From Ranitomeya imitator (Eukaryota), in assembly GCF_032444005.1 (NCBI RefSeq), contig NW_027193546.1:434001-498000 (forward strand): a DNA stretch of 64,000 nucleotides, in the 5' to 3' direction. Both the position numbers and the translations under genes were made by a program. Positions 26,254-41,226 of this stretch are shown here, piece after piece (position 1 is the stretch's first letter; the number at the start of each line of letters is the position of its first letter). The notes beneath the pieces were generated by a model. That model had not been told where the DNA came from, did no database searches, and worked only from the letters and a program-made list of their open reading frames with translations.

Positions 26254-27005
26254 GTATCCGGGGGAGATTGCTAGTAGAAATTTTGTAATTAGCTCCTATC
26301 TCCTCCCTTTCGTCTGATTGGTTGAGCACAGAACGGTTGGAGATTTTGAATTTTCCACTTATTGTGCTCTTCTTTTCCCGCTTCTCTATTCTTCTCATCT
26401 CAGCGTCGCTTAGATCTGTTGGTTATTTTGATTTTTACTTCCGTTGTAGTTTCGGTTGTTATTTTCCAGCTTGTTATAAAGTAGAATAAAAAATACATTT
26501 TAAGGACACTGATCTACAGATAACTCATCTGATCCCCGGCAGTCACTCATCATTACACGTGGTGCCCGACTGGTGGCCATTACCGGTCACTGCAGAGCAG
26601 GGAGCTGTATGTAACCAGACCCCCGGCGGCACCAGCCACAGATAAGATGAGAAAACTCAAATATATGATAATTACAACCTAAAGCCGCAAGACTGCAGAG
26701 GCGGCACTAGGACCCCATTTACGTCTGCGCTGTACAGAAACCGCGCCTCCACCACCAAAGACCCGGGCTGTGCACAGCGCACACTTTACCCTGTCCTTAT
26801 AAAACGTCAGTCATGTAATTGATGTCGCACTTTTGGACTTGGTGAGAATAAAGGATGCGCGGAGCGGTAACTGGAATATCGCGGATCACCTACAATATCG
26901 GACACAGCAGCCGGCTATTACCTTTCCTGACCGCGCTCCGTATATGGAGAATACGCGCAGAAGAGAAACCGTTCAGGACTCGGCTCATTTGTGGGAGGAT
27001 TTGGT

Positions 27006-27021
27006 GGCTCTGAAAAGAGCC
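27006..27021 (-). terminator. H3 stem-loop copy 2
   Basis: GGCTCTTTTCAGAGCC. Confidence 0.95.
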
Positions 27022-27050
27022 TTTGTGTTGTGGTCGCAGCCGGGGCAGAT

Positions 27051-27698
<648 letters not shown>

Positions 27699-27869
27699 TC
27701 AGATCACTCATTTGCCGCTGCTGGAGCAGCTGATGTATCTGCGTTGAAATGTCCCCGTGTATAGCGCTGTACAGTGCAGCTCCCACATTATCGTCAGATC
27801 ACACAAACCCCCCATCCTGAGACTGCGCCCAGCATCAGTTATATTAAAAACATTACAAGTAGGAAAACC

Positions 27870-30494
27870 GATCATACAGCTCTGCGGGGAGGAGGTGGTG
27901 GCACTGATCATACAGCTCTGCGGGGGAGAAGGTGGTGGCACTGATCATACAGCTCTGCGGGGTGGAGGTGATTTCTCTGATCATACAGCTCTGCAGGGAG
28001 GAGTAGGTGGTGGCACTGATGATACAGCTCTGCGGGGAGGAGGTGGTGGCACTGATCATACAGCTCTGCGGGGAGGAGGTGGTGGCACTGATCATACAGC
28101 TCTGCGGGGAGGAGGTGGTGGCACTGATCATACAGCTCTGCGGGGAGGAGGTGGTGGCACTGATCATACAGCTCTGCGGGGAGGAGGTGGTGGCACTGAT
28201 CATACAGCTCTGCGGGGAGGAGGTGGTGGCACTGATCATACAGCTCTGCGGGGAGGAGGTGGTGGCACTGATCGTACAGCTCTGCGGGGAGGAGGTGGTG
28301 GCACTGATCATACAGCTCTGCAGGGAGGAGGTGGTGGCACTGATCATACAGCTCTGCGGGGAGAAGGTGTTGGCACTGATCATACAGCTCTCCGGGGAGG
28401 AGGTGATTTCTCTGATCATACAGCTCTGCAGGGAGGAGGAGGTTATGGCTCTAATCATACAGGTCTGAGGGGAGTAGGTGGTGGCTCTGATCATACAGCT
28501 CTGCGGGGAGAGGGTGGTGGCACTGATCATACAGCTCTGCGGGGAGGAGGTGATGGCTCTGATCCTACAGCTCTGCGGGGAGAATGTGGTGGCTCTGATC
28601 ATACAGCTCTGCAGGGAGGAGGTGGTGGCACTGATCATACAGCTCTGCGGGGAGGAGGTGGTGGCACTGATCATACAGCTCTGCGGGGAGGAGGTGGTGG
28701 CACTGATCATACAGCTCTGCGGGGAGGAGGTGGTGGCACTGATCATACAGCTCTGCGGGGAGGAGGTGATTTCTCTGATCATACAGCTCTGCAGGGAGGA
28801 GGTGGTGGCTCTGATCATACAGCTCTGCGGGGAGGAGGTGGTGGCTCTGATCATACAGCTCTGCGGGGAGAGGGTGGTGGCACTGATCATACAGCTCTGC
28901 GGGGAGGAGGTGATGGCTCTGATCCTACAGCTCTGCGGGGAGAATGTGGTGGCTCTGATCATACAGCTCTGCAGGGAGGAGGTGGTGGCACTGATCATAC
29001 AGCTCTGCGGGGAGGAGGTGGTGGCACTGATCATACAGCTCTGCGGGGAGGAGGTGGTGGCACTGATCATACAGCTCTGCGGGGAGGAGGTGGTGGCACT
29101 GATCATACAGCTCTGCGGGGAGGAGGTGATTTCTCTGATCATACAGCTCTGCAGGGAGGAGGTGGTGGCTCTGATCATACAGCTCTGCGGGGAGGAGGTG
29201 GTGGCTCTGATCATACAGCTCTGCGGGGAGGAGGTGGTGGTACTGATCATACAGCTGTGCGGGGAGGAGGTGATTTCTCTGATCATACAGCTCTGCAGGG
29301 AGGAGGTGGTGGCTCTGATCATACAGCTCTGCGGGGAGGAGGTGGTGGCTCTGATCATACAGCTCTGCGGGGAGGAGGTGGCACTGATCATACAGCTCTG
29401 CGGGGAGGAGGTGGTGGCACTGATCATACAGCTCTGCGGGGAGGAGGTGGTGGCACTGATCATACAGCTCTGCGGGGAGGAGGTGGTGGCACTGATCATA
29501 CAGCTCTGCGGGGAGGAGGAGGTGGCTCTGATCATACAGCTCTGCGGGGAGGAGGAGGTGGCACTGATCATACAGCTCTGCGGGGAGGAGGTGGTGGCAC
29601 TGATCATACAGCTCTGCGGGGAGGAGGTGGTGGCACTGATCATACAGCTCTGCGGGGAGGAGGTGGTGGCACTGATTATACAGCTCTGCGGGGAGAGGGT
29701 GGTGGCTCTGATCATACAGCTCTGCGGGGAGGAGGTGGTGGCTCTGATCATACAGCTCTGCGGGGTGGAGGTGATTTCTCTGATCATACAGCTCTGCAGG
29801 GAGGAGTAGGTGGTGGCACTGATGATACAGCTCTGCGGGGAGGAGGTGGTGGCACTGATCATACAGCTCTGCGGGGTGGAGGTGATTTCTCTGATCATAC
29901 AGCTCTGCGGGGAGGAGGAGGTGGCACTGATCATACAGCTCTGCGGGGAGGAGGTGGTGGCACTGATCATACAGCTCTGCGGGGAGGAGGTGGTGGCTCT
30001 GATCATGCTGCTCTGCGGGGAGGAGGTGGTGGTACTGATCATACAGCTGTGCGGGGAGGAGGTGATTTATCTGATCATACAGCTCTGCAGGGAGGAGGTG
30101 GTGGCTCTGATCATACAGCTCTGCGGGGAGGAGGTGGTGGCACTGATCATACAGCTCTGCGGGGAGGAGGTGGTGGCACTGATGATACAGCTCTGCGGGG
30201 AGGAGGTGGTGGCTCTGATCATACAGCTCTGCGGGGTGGAGGTGATTTCTCTGATCATACAGCTCTGCGGGGTGGAGGTGGTGGCACTGATTATACAGCT
30301 CTGCGGAGAGGGTGGTGGCTCTGATCATACAGCTCTGCGGGGAGGAGGTGGTGGCTCTGATCATACAGCTCTGCGGGGTGGAGGTGATTTCTCTGATCAT
30401 ACAGCTCTGCGGGGTGGAGGTGGTGGCACTGATTATACAGCTCTGCGGGGAGGAAGTGGTGGCTCTGATCATACAGCTCTGCGGGGGAGAAGGT
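27870..30494. repeat. 36-bp minisatellite array 2, left part
   Basis: Same unit as array 1; starts after the same flank GGAAAACC. Confidence 0.99.
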
Positions 30495-31576
30495 AACATA
30501 GTAACATAGTAACATAGTTAGTAAGGCCGAAAAAAGACATTTGTCCATCCAGTTCAGCCTATATTCCATCATAATAAATACCCAGATCTACGTCCTTCTA
30601 CAGAACCTAATAATTGTATGATACAATATTGTTCTGCTCCAGGAAGACATCAAGGCCTCTCTTGAACCCCTCGACTGAGTTCGCCATCACCACCTCCTCA
30701 GGCAAGCAATTCCAGATTCTCACTGCCCTAACAGTAAAGAATCCTCTTCTATGTTGGTGGAAAAACCTTCTCTCCTCCAGACGCAAAGAATGCCCCCTTG
30801 TGCCCGTCACCTTCCTTGGTATAAACAGATCCTCAGCGAGATATTTGTATTGTCCCCTTATATACTTATACATGGTTATTAGATCGCCCCTCAGTCGTCT
30901 TTTTTCTAGACTAAATAATCCTAATTTCGCTAATCTATCTGGGTATTGTAGTTCTCCCATCCCCTTTATTAATTTTGTTGCCCTCCTTTGTACTCTCTCT
31001 AGTTCCATTATATCCTTCCTGAGCACCGGTGCCCAAAACTGGACACAGTACTCCATGTGCGGTCTAACTAGGGATTTGTACAGAGGCAGTATAATGCTCT
31101 CATCATGTGTATCCAGACCTCTTTTAATGCACCCCATGATCCTGTTTGCCTTGGCAGCTGCTGCCTGGCACTGGCTGCTCCAGGTAAGTTTATCATTAAC
31201 TAGGATCCCCAAGTCCTTCTCCCTGTCAGATTTACCCAGTGGTTTCCCGTTCAGTGTGTAATGGTGATATTGATTCCCTCTTCCCATGTGTATAACCTTA
31301 CATTTATCATTGTTAAACCTCATCTGCCACCTTTCAGCCCAAGTTTCCAACTTATCCAGATCCATCTGTAGCAGAATACTATCTTCTCTTGTATTAACTG
31401 CTTTACATAGTTTTGTATCATCTGCAAATATCGATATTTTACTGTGTAAACCTTCTACCAGATCATTAATGAATATGTTGAAGAGAACAGGTCCCAATAC
31501 TGACCCCTGCGGTACCCCACTGGTCACAGCGACCCAGTTAGAGACTATACCATTTATAACCACCTTCTGCTTTCTG
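30495..31576 (-). mobile_element. CR1 LINE (~1.1 kb, 5'-truncated) inserted in minisatellite
   Basis: Uninterrupted RT: [60 protein letters not shown]; (GTAACATA)3 tail. Confidence 0.97.
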
Positions 31577-32984
31577 GCACTGGTGGTGGCACTGATCATA
31601 CAGCTCTGCGGGGTGGAGGTGGTGGCACTGATCATACAGCTCTGCGGGGAGGAGGTGATTTCTCTGATCATACAGCTCTGCAGGGAGGAGTAGGTGGTGG
31701 CACTGATGATACAGCTCTGCGGGGAGGAGGTGGTGGCACTGATCATACAGCTCTGCGGGGTGGAGGTGATTTCTCTGATCATACAGCTCTGCAGGGAGGA
31801 GTAGGTGGTGGCACTGATGATACAGCTCTGCGGGGAGGAGGTGGTGGCACTGATCATACAGCTCTGCGGGGAGGAGGTGGTGGCACTGATCATACAGCTC
31901 TGCGGGGAGGAGGAGGTGGCACTGATCATACAGCTCTGCGGGGAGGAGGTGGTGGCACTGATCATACAGCTGTGCGGGGAGGAGGTGATTTCTCTGATCA
32001 TACAGCTCTGCAGGGAGGAGGTGGTGGCACTGATCATACAGCTCTGCGGGGAGGAGGTGGTTGCACTGATCATACAGCTCTGCGGGGAGGAGGTGGTGGC
32101 ACTGATCATACAGCTCTGCGGGGAGGAGGTGGTGGCACTGATCATACAGCTCTGCGGGGAGGAGGTGATTTATCTGATCATACAGCTCTGCAGGGAGGAG
32201 GTGGTGACTCTGATCATACATCTCTGCAGGGAGGAGGTGGTGGCACTGATCATACAGCTCTGCGGGGAGGAGGTGGTGGCACTGATCATACAGCTCTGCG
32301 GGGAGGAGGAGGTGGCTCTGATCATACAGCTCTGCGGGGAGGAGGAGGTGGCACTGATCATACAGCTCTGCGGGGAGGAGGTGGTGGCACTGATCATACA
32401 GCTCTGCGGGGAGGAGGTGGTGGCACTGATCATACAGCTCTGCGGGGAGGAGGAGGTGGCACTGATCATACAGCTCTGCGGGGAGGAGGTGGTGGCACTG
32501 ATCATACAGCTCTGCGGGGAGGAGGTGGTGGCACTGATCATACAGCTCTGCGGGGAGGAGGAGGTGGCACTGATCATACAGCTCTGCGGGGAGGAGGTGG
32601 TGGCACTGATCATACAGCTCTGCGGGGAGGAGGTGGTGGCACTGATCATACAGCTCTGCGGGGAGGAGGTGGTGGCACTGATCATACAGCTCTGCGGGGA
32701 GGAGGTGGTGGCACTGATCGTACAGCTCTGCGGGGAGGAGGTGGTGGCACTGATCATACAGCTCTGCAGGGAGGAGGTGGTGGCACTGATCATACAGCTC
32801 TGCGGGGAGAAGGTGTTGGCACTGATCATACAGCTCTCCGGGGAGGAGGTGATTTCTCTGATCATACAGCTCTGCAGGGAGGAGGAGGTTATGGCTCTGA
32901 TCATACAGGTCTGAGGGGAGTAGGTGGTGGCTCTGATCATACAGCTCTGCGGGGAGAGGGTGGTGGCACTGATCATACAGCTGT
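31577..32984. repeat. 36-bp minisatellite array 2, right part
   Basis: Ends ...GATCATACAGCTGT joined directly to L2 sequence. Confidence 0.99.
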
Positions 32985-33513
32985 CAATCCCTTCACTGGC
33001 TCCCCATTACCCAGAGACTCCAGTACAAAAGCCTAACCATGACATACAAAGCCATCCACAAAATGTCTCCTTTATACATCTGTGACCTCCTCTCCCGGTA
33101 CTTTCCTGCAACCTCCGATCCTCACAAGATCTCCTTCTCTACTCCCCTCTTATCTCCTCTTCCCACAATCGCATACAAGATTTCTCTTGCGCATCACCCC
33201 TACTCTGGAACCCTCTACCACAACACATCAGACTCTCACCTACCATGGAAACCTTCAAAAAGAGCCTAAAGACCCACCTCTTCCGACAAGCCTACAACCT
33301 GCAGTAACCACCACTGATCGACCAGCTCTACCTTCACCTACTGTATCCTCATCCATCCATTGTAGATTGCGAGCCCTCGTGGGCAGGGTCCTCTCTCCTC
33401 CTGTACCAGTTATGACTTGTATTGTTCAAGATCATTGTACCTGTTATTATGTATACCCCTCCTCACATGTAAAGCGCCATGGAATAAATGGCGCTATAAT
33501 AATAAATAATAAT
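32981..33513 (+). mobile_element. L2 fragment, truncated by deletion
   Basis: Matches 19613-20145. Confidence 0.8.
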
Positions 33514-34542
33514 ATTGCCCGAGAGCCGCAAGTCCTGACACTAGATGAAGCGGGGGAGGAAAAGTGATAGAACAGAAGGACGATCAGTAACTGAGCAGGG
33601 ATCCTGTGAGGAGGATGTGACGGCCGATAATGTAACTGCCTGACCTGTGAGATCCTGACACCACAGGGTAATGTTCTGAGCAGGGACACTCCGCAATCTT
33701 CTACACATGATCCTACATTTCCCATCACAGACCTCCTGCCTGCAGCCGTAGGACTGATCTGTAATGGGGAGACATGGTGGGATCTGCTGGGAAGGGCAGA
33801 ATTGGTCTTCCCTGAAATGTCTCTTGTAGGATATGTCCCTGACCAGTATATCGTCTCCACAATACGGATTGTGACGGGAAAGGGACGATCTGTTCGTCTC
33901 CAGGTCAGACACACGGGAACATCACAGCATGTGGAGAACACGAATCATTCTCTATATCCATGAGAGGAAACCGGAGCGGATACAGCGCCGCTAACCTGGA
34001 AATCTGCAGATTCCTGTGTGGGATGTAAGAGACCAATGATCGCTCAACACAAGCAGATTTCCCGATATCGGTCCTGGGACCAGGTGTTATATGAAGACAA
34101 AAGACGGAAAAAAGCGGGAACCGTAAACGTGTTACCATTGGAAACATTAGCTCCTCCCTCTGCTGATTGGCTGAACACAGGACGGTTGGGGGTTTGAATT
34201 TCCCGCCGCTTCTAAATGTAATGACGTCACTTACACTGTAAAAAGAATCCAGATTAGGCTCTAGATCAACTCCACCACAAATGGCTCCTGTTACCTGAGA
34301 AACGAGAGTAATGAACTAATAAACGAGACCCCAGAATGCCGAGATCTGTGCAGCAAGGAGTTAAATAAGAAGTCCCTGAATACACATCAACTCGCTGAGC
34401 AATGCCCAGATTATTCCTGAGATTTTCTCACCATCTCCCTCGTCACCAGGCGCAGAGCCCCGGGCGGAGCGAGCAGACACCTCGGGGAGACGGGAGAGGA
34501 CACCGGAGCAGTGTGGGTGGCTCTTATAGTGAGGGTGTGGGT

Positions 34543-34558
34543 GGCTCTTAGAAGAGCC
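34543..34558 (-). terminator. H2B stem-loop copy 3
   Basis: GGCTCTTCTAAGAGCC. Confidence 0.95.
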
Positions 34559-34588
34559 TTTGGGGTGAGGAGCGGAGCACGGANNNNN

Positions 34589-34987
<399 letters not shown>

Positions 34988-35771
34988 TCAGTACAAGTGA
35001 GAAGAATAATGATCCTGCGCCTCCAAGAGCGGCGGAATTTATAGCCCGGCCATGCAGATGAGCACTGCTGTCAGACCGCCGTTCTATTGGGTGATGAAGT
35101 CATGTGACCAACGAGAACGTTAGACCACTGCAGCTGATTGGTGGTTTCCCAAATCATTGCTTCATCTTTGCAGCGGGGATGCTGTATAGCGATGTAAAAC
35201 CCTGTATAATGCTCTATACATCTAAATAGTGCTGTGAAGCTCCATATACCGCAGTGCACCCTCATACAGCGCTGTATGTGTTCATGTTCTATTTACCCTT
35301 CATAGTGCTGTTATTCATCTGAATAGTGCAGAGTACCCCCATATACTGCAACCTACTGACAAATGACTGTGCCACATTATGCAGGCAGTTACAGTACAGC
35401 GCCCGACATGTTACACTCCGTATAGTGCAGTAATATCTCCAGATGGTGCTGGAAACCCCAGCTAGTCAGCTGTGCCAGGACTGCAAACCCTGTGAATTCA
35501 GTGAGATGTTTCGGTAGTAGCCGCACCCAGTTTTCTAGGAAGAGCCGGCTTCCCTCAGGAGCTGTGTCCCCTGTATAAACTGCACTTATCCCTCCTGTGT
35601 GTGATCTCAGTAACATGAAGCCGGATCAGTCACTTCAGCCACGAATCTCTGCTCTGTGGTGACCGCAGTACAGTGGAGCACGGATCGTGTATAGTGACCT
35701 CTATATACCGCCTGGTGCAGTGTGAACCATCAGTGTGATCAGCGGTGCGGCTCTTAGGAGGAGGATGTGGG

Positions 35772-35787
35772 GGCTCTTAGAAGAGCC
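35772..35787 (-). terminator. Orphan stem-loop copy 3
   Basis: Identical to 1216-1231. Confidence 0.85.
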
Positions 35788-37393
35788 TTTGAGTGTGTGG
35801 ACAGATGTGGAGGAGCGGAGTTTACAGTCCTGGCACAGCAGACTAGCCGCTTCCTGGATCTACGAGGAAACGGCCATTATCTGTCCCAATCACTGCACAA
35901 AGTCCTCCTTCAATAAGGGCTAATTTCCAGCTATCTGCAGATTATTCCGAGGCTGAGTTCTGCGAGCGACACTCAATTTGCACTGACAGTCTGGCGGGTG
36001 AGGGGTTAATCCCTGTCAGTGTTTCTCCTCCGCTCCATCTGCACAGGAGGCGGCTCCTCACTCACCCGCGTATTATCCTGTGCAGATCCCCTGTGGTGTC
36101 CGCGCTGATCCTATCACAGCCTGACTGAGACAAGTCTCCTATGTTCTGCCCGGAGCCTGATGTGACGCTGCCGGGTCTCGGGTGGGGGAAGTCGCCGCTT
36201 CTATAAAGCGAGTGAGTAGTGGGGGTCAGCACACACGGACACTAAGGAGTTAATGGGGGCGGATGTTCCTGTATCTGGGATTGGTCGGCGCCTGTGGATG
36301 TCTCTCGCTCATTGGCTGATTACAGATCCGTTGCTGGTTTTGAATTTCCCGCTCAATCGCTTTTCTTTGTCCGTCGGATTATTACCGGCCCCTCTGCTGG
36401 AGCGGCGATCGCTGTGTATACCGGTGGGAGCAGCTCTACCCCGCTGATAATACCGGGTCCTGTCCTCCCAACTGTCTGCCCCCAAACACGGGGATCAGTC
36501 GCCATTATTATTCTGAGGAGGTTATAATAGTCTTCAGAGGCGACATCCATCCGACACATTAGTGTCCAGGACTTGGTCATCACACAGGAGCCTCCGTACC
36601 CGGTACACAGGGCGTCCATCTATCCAGCTGCCTCTTACAGCCACATTCCCTGTACACGGATCTGATCAGGAAATTATCACTGCGGCCCAGTGCGGATATA
36701 TATCCCCCATGAATCCATGTTATCTTTGTAGGTCAATGAGAAGAAACCGCATCACCCGAAGTCCGCGGTGAAAGACGGGGGAGCAGACACGGCCCCAGTA
36801 TGTCAGGACCCGGGAGCATACAACTAGCACGTCCCAGGCTGAGGCCGGTACTACAGGCAGCCGCACAGGGGATATTTTGCCCTGCAGAGACGCTGAGCCG
36901 GATACTAATCAATCAGCGCCCAATAAGAACAGGATCTTAAATGTCTAGACAGAATATTAACCTACATTTGGAAACCGCCCGGAACACCCCCTGATTAGAG
37001 CTGTAGAGAGATCTGCTTCCAATAAGCCTTTCCACGTCAGGATATCCTTCGGAAACTGAATGTGTGGGAATATGGTTAAAGAGACCCTACTCCCAGATCA
37101 TACACACACGGAATCCGTCGGGTACAAAACAGGATTTGCAAATAGGTCTCACAACCAAAAGCAGCGACAGAACCATCCGCCCAAAAACGGCATCAGAGGA
37201 CGTTACCGAACTGCGGATCAGGGTCAGAATTACCATTCCCCACAATTATTTGGCCGATGGTAGTTTTCGACTATTCAGTATTCGGAGCGTAAATTCGGCA
37301 CCGATGAGTGTTCTACTAACATTACAGCGACATCACCACAGCAGAGAAATGAGATCCTAGCAGTCAGGTGCAGCCTCTCACTGAGATGTGGGT

Positions 37394-37409
37394 GGCTCTG
37401 AAAAGAGCC
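37394..37409 (-). terminator. H4 stem-loop copy 3
   Basis: GGCTCTTTTCAGAGCC; spacer to HDE 3 nt shorter than in other copies. Confidence 0.95.
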
Positions 37410-37439
37410 TTTGGGTTGTGAAGACAGAAGAGAACACAA

Positions 37440-37760
<321 letters not shown>

Positions 37761-38265
37761 TTAATGAGCAAAAACTGATTCCTGAGCCTCAGGGACTGCA
37801 CCTTTATATGGAGGGAGAATGGACCAGAGAGAGAACTGCAGAGATGACGCACTTCCGGGACGGGGCTTACAGAATCTACATTAGCTCCTCCCTTTCTCTG
37901 CTGATTGGCTAAATACTAAACTGTAGGGAAGTTTGATTTTCCCGCTCATTGCTCAGTTTCTGCAATTATCTTTCCAGCTTCTATTATGTGTAATTTCCTT
38001 CCCTTATGATTGAGGGTATCCTAAATATTGTCATTACTGTTCCAGATCATGGTGGATCATATCTTCCACAACAGATGATGCCCCCAGTTACCCTCCACAC
38101 AGTATGATGCCTCCTACACAGTAAGATACCCACACAGCAGGATGTCCCCACAGTTACTGTGTGGGGGTATAATACCCCCAGTAACTCCCCAAACAGTATG
38201 ATGCCCTAAGTCCCCCCCCCCACACACACACACTTTGATGCACCCACAGTTATCCCCTATACAAT

Positions 38266-38780
38266 GTAACATAGTAACATAGTTAGTAAGGCCGAAAAAA
38301 TACATTTGTCCTTCCAGTTCAGCCTATATTCCATCATAATAAATCCCCAGATCTACGTCCTTCTACAGAACCTAATAATTGTATGATACAATATTGTTCT
38401 GCTCCAGGAAGACATCCAGGCCTCTCTTGAACCCCTCGACTGAGTTCGCCATCACCACCTCCTCAGGCAAGCAATTCCAGATTCTCACTGCCCTAACAGT
38501 AAAGAATCCTCTTCTATGTTGGTGGAAAAACCTTCTCTCTTCCAGACCCAAAGAATGCCCCCTTGTGCCCGTCACCTTCCTTGGTATAAACAGATCCTCA
38601 GCGAGATATTTGTATTGTCCCCTTATATACTTATACATGGTTATTAGATCGCCCCGTCTTTTTTCTAGACTAAATAATCCTAATTTCGCTAACCTATCTG
38701 GGTATTGTAGTTCTCCCATTCCCTTTATTAATTTTGTTGGCCTCCTTTGTACTCTCTCTAGTTCCATTATATCCTTCCTG
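38266..38780 (-). mobile_element. CR1 fragment, unit 3
   Basis: Same insertion as 3719-4233, including the 6-nt deletion. Confidence 0.92.
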
Positions 38781-39199
38781 TGGATGTGATACCCCCAGAG
38801 CGTTCCAACCTCAGCGTAATGCAATGATAGACATTTGTTCATTTTCTGATGAAGAACTTCCATAAATGGAGATTTGGAAGGACGAAAGAAGCAAGTGAAA
38901 TTAGAAGAGATTTCCCATCATTTAATCACCAGATGATGGTACTTCATTTATGCCGTTACCTCATGTACCAATTACAACCCAGAAAGACATTTTATGCATT
39001 TTTTTTTTATATAAAATATCATGCTTTAATGCAAAATTACAGGAACCTGCTCATAATTGTAAAGTACAAATTAGTTTGTTGGTGTTTTTTTTTAATTCAT
39101 TGCTTTAATGTAAAAACTGTACAGGCAGCAAGAGGGTTAAACACCAGTGTAACTGAAAAATAATCCTTACTACATCGCCCTCTATAGTGCCAGAGGCAT

Positions 39200-39610
39200 T
39201 TACCTTATACATTCGAGTATAATCTGAGATTTGCAGCCATTTTTTTTAGGCTGAAAGTGCCCCTCTCGTCTTATACTGGAGTCATTGTACCAGGGGGTCG
39301 GCGGCTGGCACATCATACTCACCTCATACTGGCGCGGTCTCTGCTTCTCAGATAGTCTCTGGCGCCTGCATCTCTTCCTGTAATGAGTGGTACCACGTGA
39401 CCACTAAACAAAGTAATGAATACATACGTGGCTCCACTCCCACAGGCGTGGAGCGCATATTCATTACTTTAATGAGCGGTACCATGACGAACACAGGAAC
39501 AAGTTGCCGGCACCAGAGACCATCGGAGAAGCAGGGACTTGCAGAGACGCTGCCAGGAGGGTGAGTATGACGGGGGAGGGTGAGCCATGCATATTCACCT
39601 GTTCCGACGC
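39200..39610. mobile_element. Palindromic MITE-like element, unit 3
   Basis: Copy of 4652-5062. Confidence 0.55.
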
Positions 39611-40362
39611 GTATCCGGGGGAGATTGCTAGTAGAAATTTTGTAATTAGCTCCTATCTCCTCCCTTTCGTCTGATTGGTTGAGCACAGAACGGTTGGAGA
39701 TTTTGAATTTTCCACTTATTGTGCTCTTCTTTTCCCGCTTCTCTATTCTTCTCATCTCAGCGTCGCTTAGATCTGTTGGTTATTTTGATTTTTACTTCCG
39801 TTGTAGTTTCGGTTGTTATTTTCCAGCTTGTTATAAAGTAGAATAAAAAATACATTTTAAGGACACTGATCTACAGATAACTCATCTGATCCCCGGCAGT
39901 CACTCATCATTACACGTGGTGCCCGACTGGTGGCCATTACCGGTCACTGCAGAGCAGGGAGCTGTATGTAACCAGACCCCCGGCGGCACCAGCCACAGAT
40001 AAGATGAGAAAACTCAAATATATGATAATTACAACCTAAAGCCGCAAGACTGCAGAGGCGGCACTAGGACCCCATTTACGTCTGCGCTGTACAGAAACCG
40101 CGCCTCCACCACCAAAGACCCGGGCTGTGCACAGCGCACACTTTACCCTGTCCTTATAAAACGTCAGTCATGTAATTGATGTCGCACTTTTGGACTTGGT
40201 GAGAATAAAGGATGCGCGGAGCGGTAACTGGAATATCGCTGATCACCTACAATATCAGACACAGCAGCCGGCTATTACCTTTCCTGACCGCGCTCCGTAT
40301 ATGGAGAATACGCGCAGAAGAGAAACCGTTCAGGACTCGGCTCATTTGTGGGAGGATTTGGT

Positions 40363-40378
40363 GGCTCTGAAAAGAGCC
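40363..40378 (-). terminator. H3 stem-loop copy 3
   Basis: GGCTCTTTTCAGAGCC. Confidence 0.95.
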
Positions 40379-40407
40379 TTTGTGTTGTGGTCGCAGCCGG
40401 GGCAGAT

Positions 40408-41055
<648 letters not shown>

Positions 41056-41226
41056 TCAGATCACTCATTTGCCGCTGCTGGAGCAGCTGATGTATCTGCG
41101 TTGAAATGTCCCCGTGTATAGCGCTGTACAGTGCAGCTCCCACATTATCGTCAGATCACACAAACCCCCCATCCTGAGACTGCGCCCAGCATCAGTTATA
41201 TTAAAAACATTACAAGTAGGAAAACC

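Noticed and set aside
30607-32145. 512-aa ORF fusing repeat peptide to reverse transcriptase
   Set aside because: Chance in-frame junction of the minisatellite with a 5'-truncated CR1; it lacks the endonuclease and the N-terminal RT.
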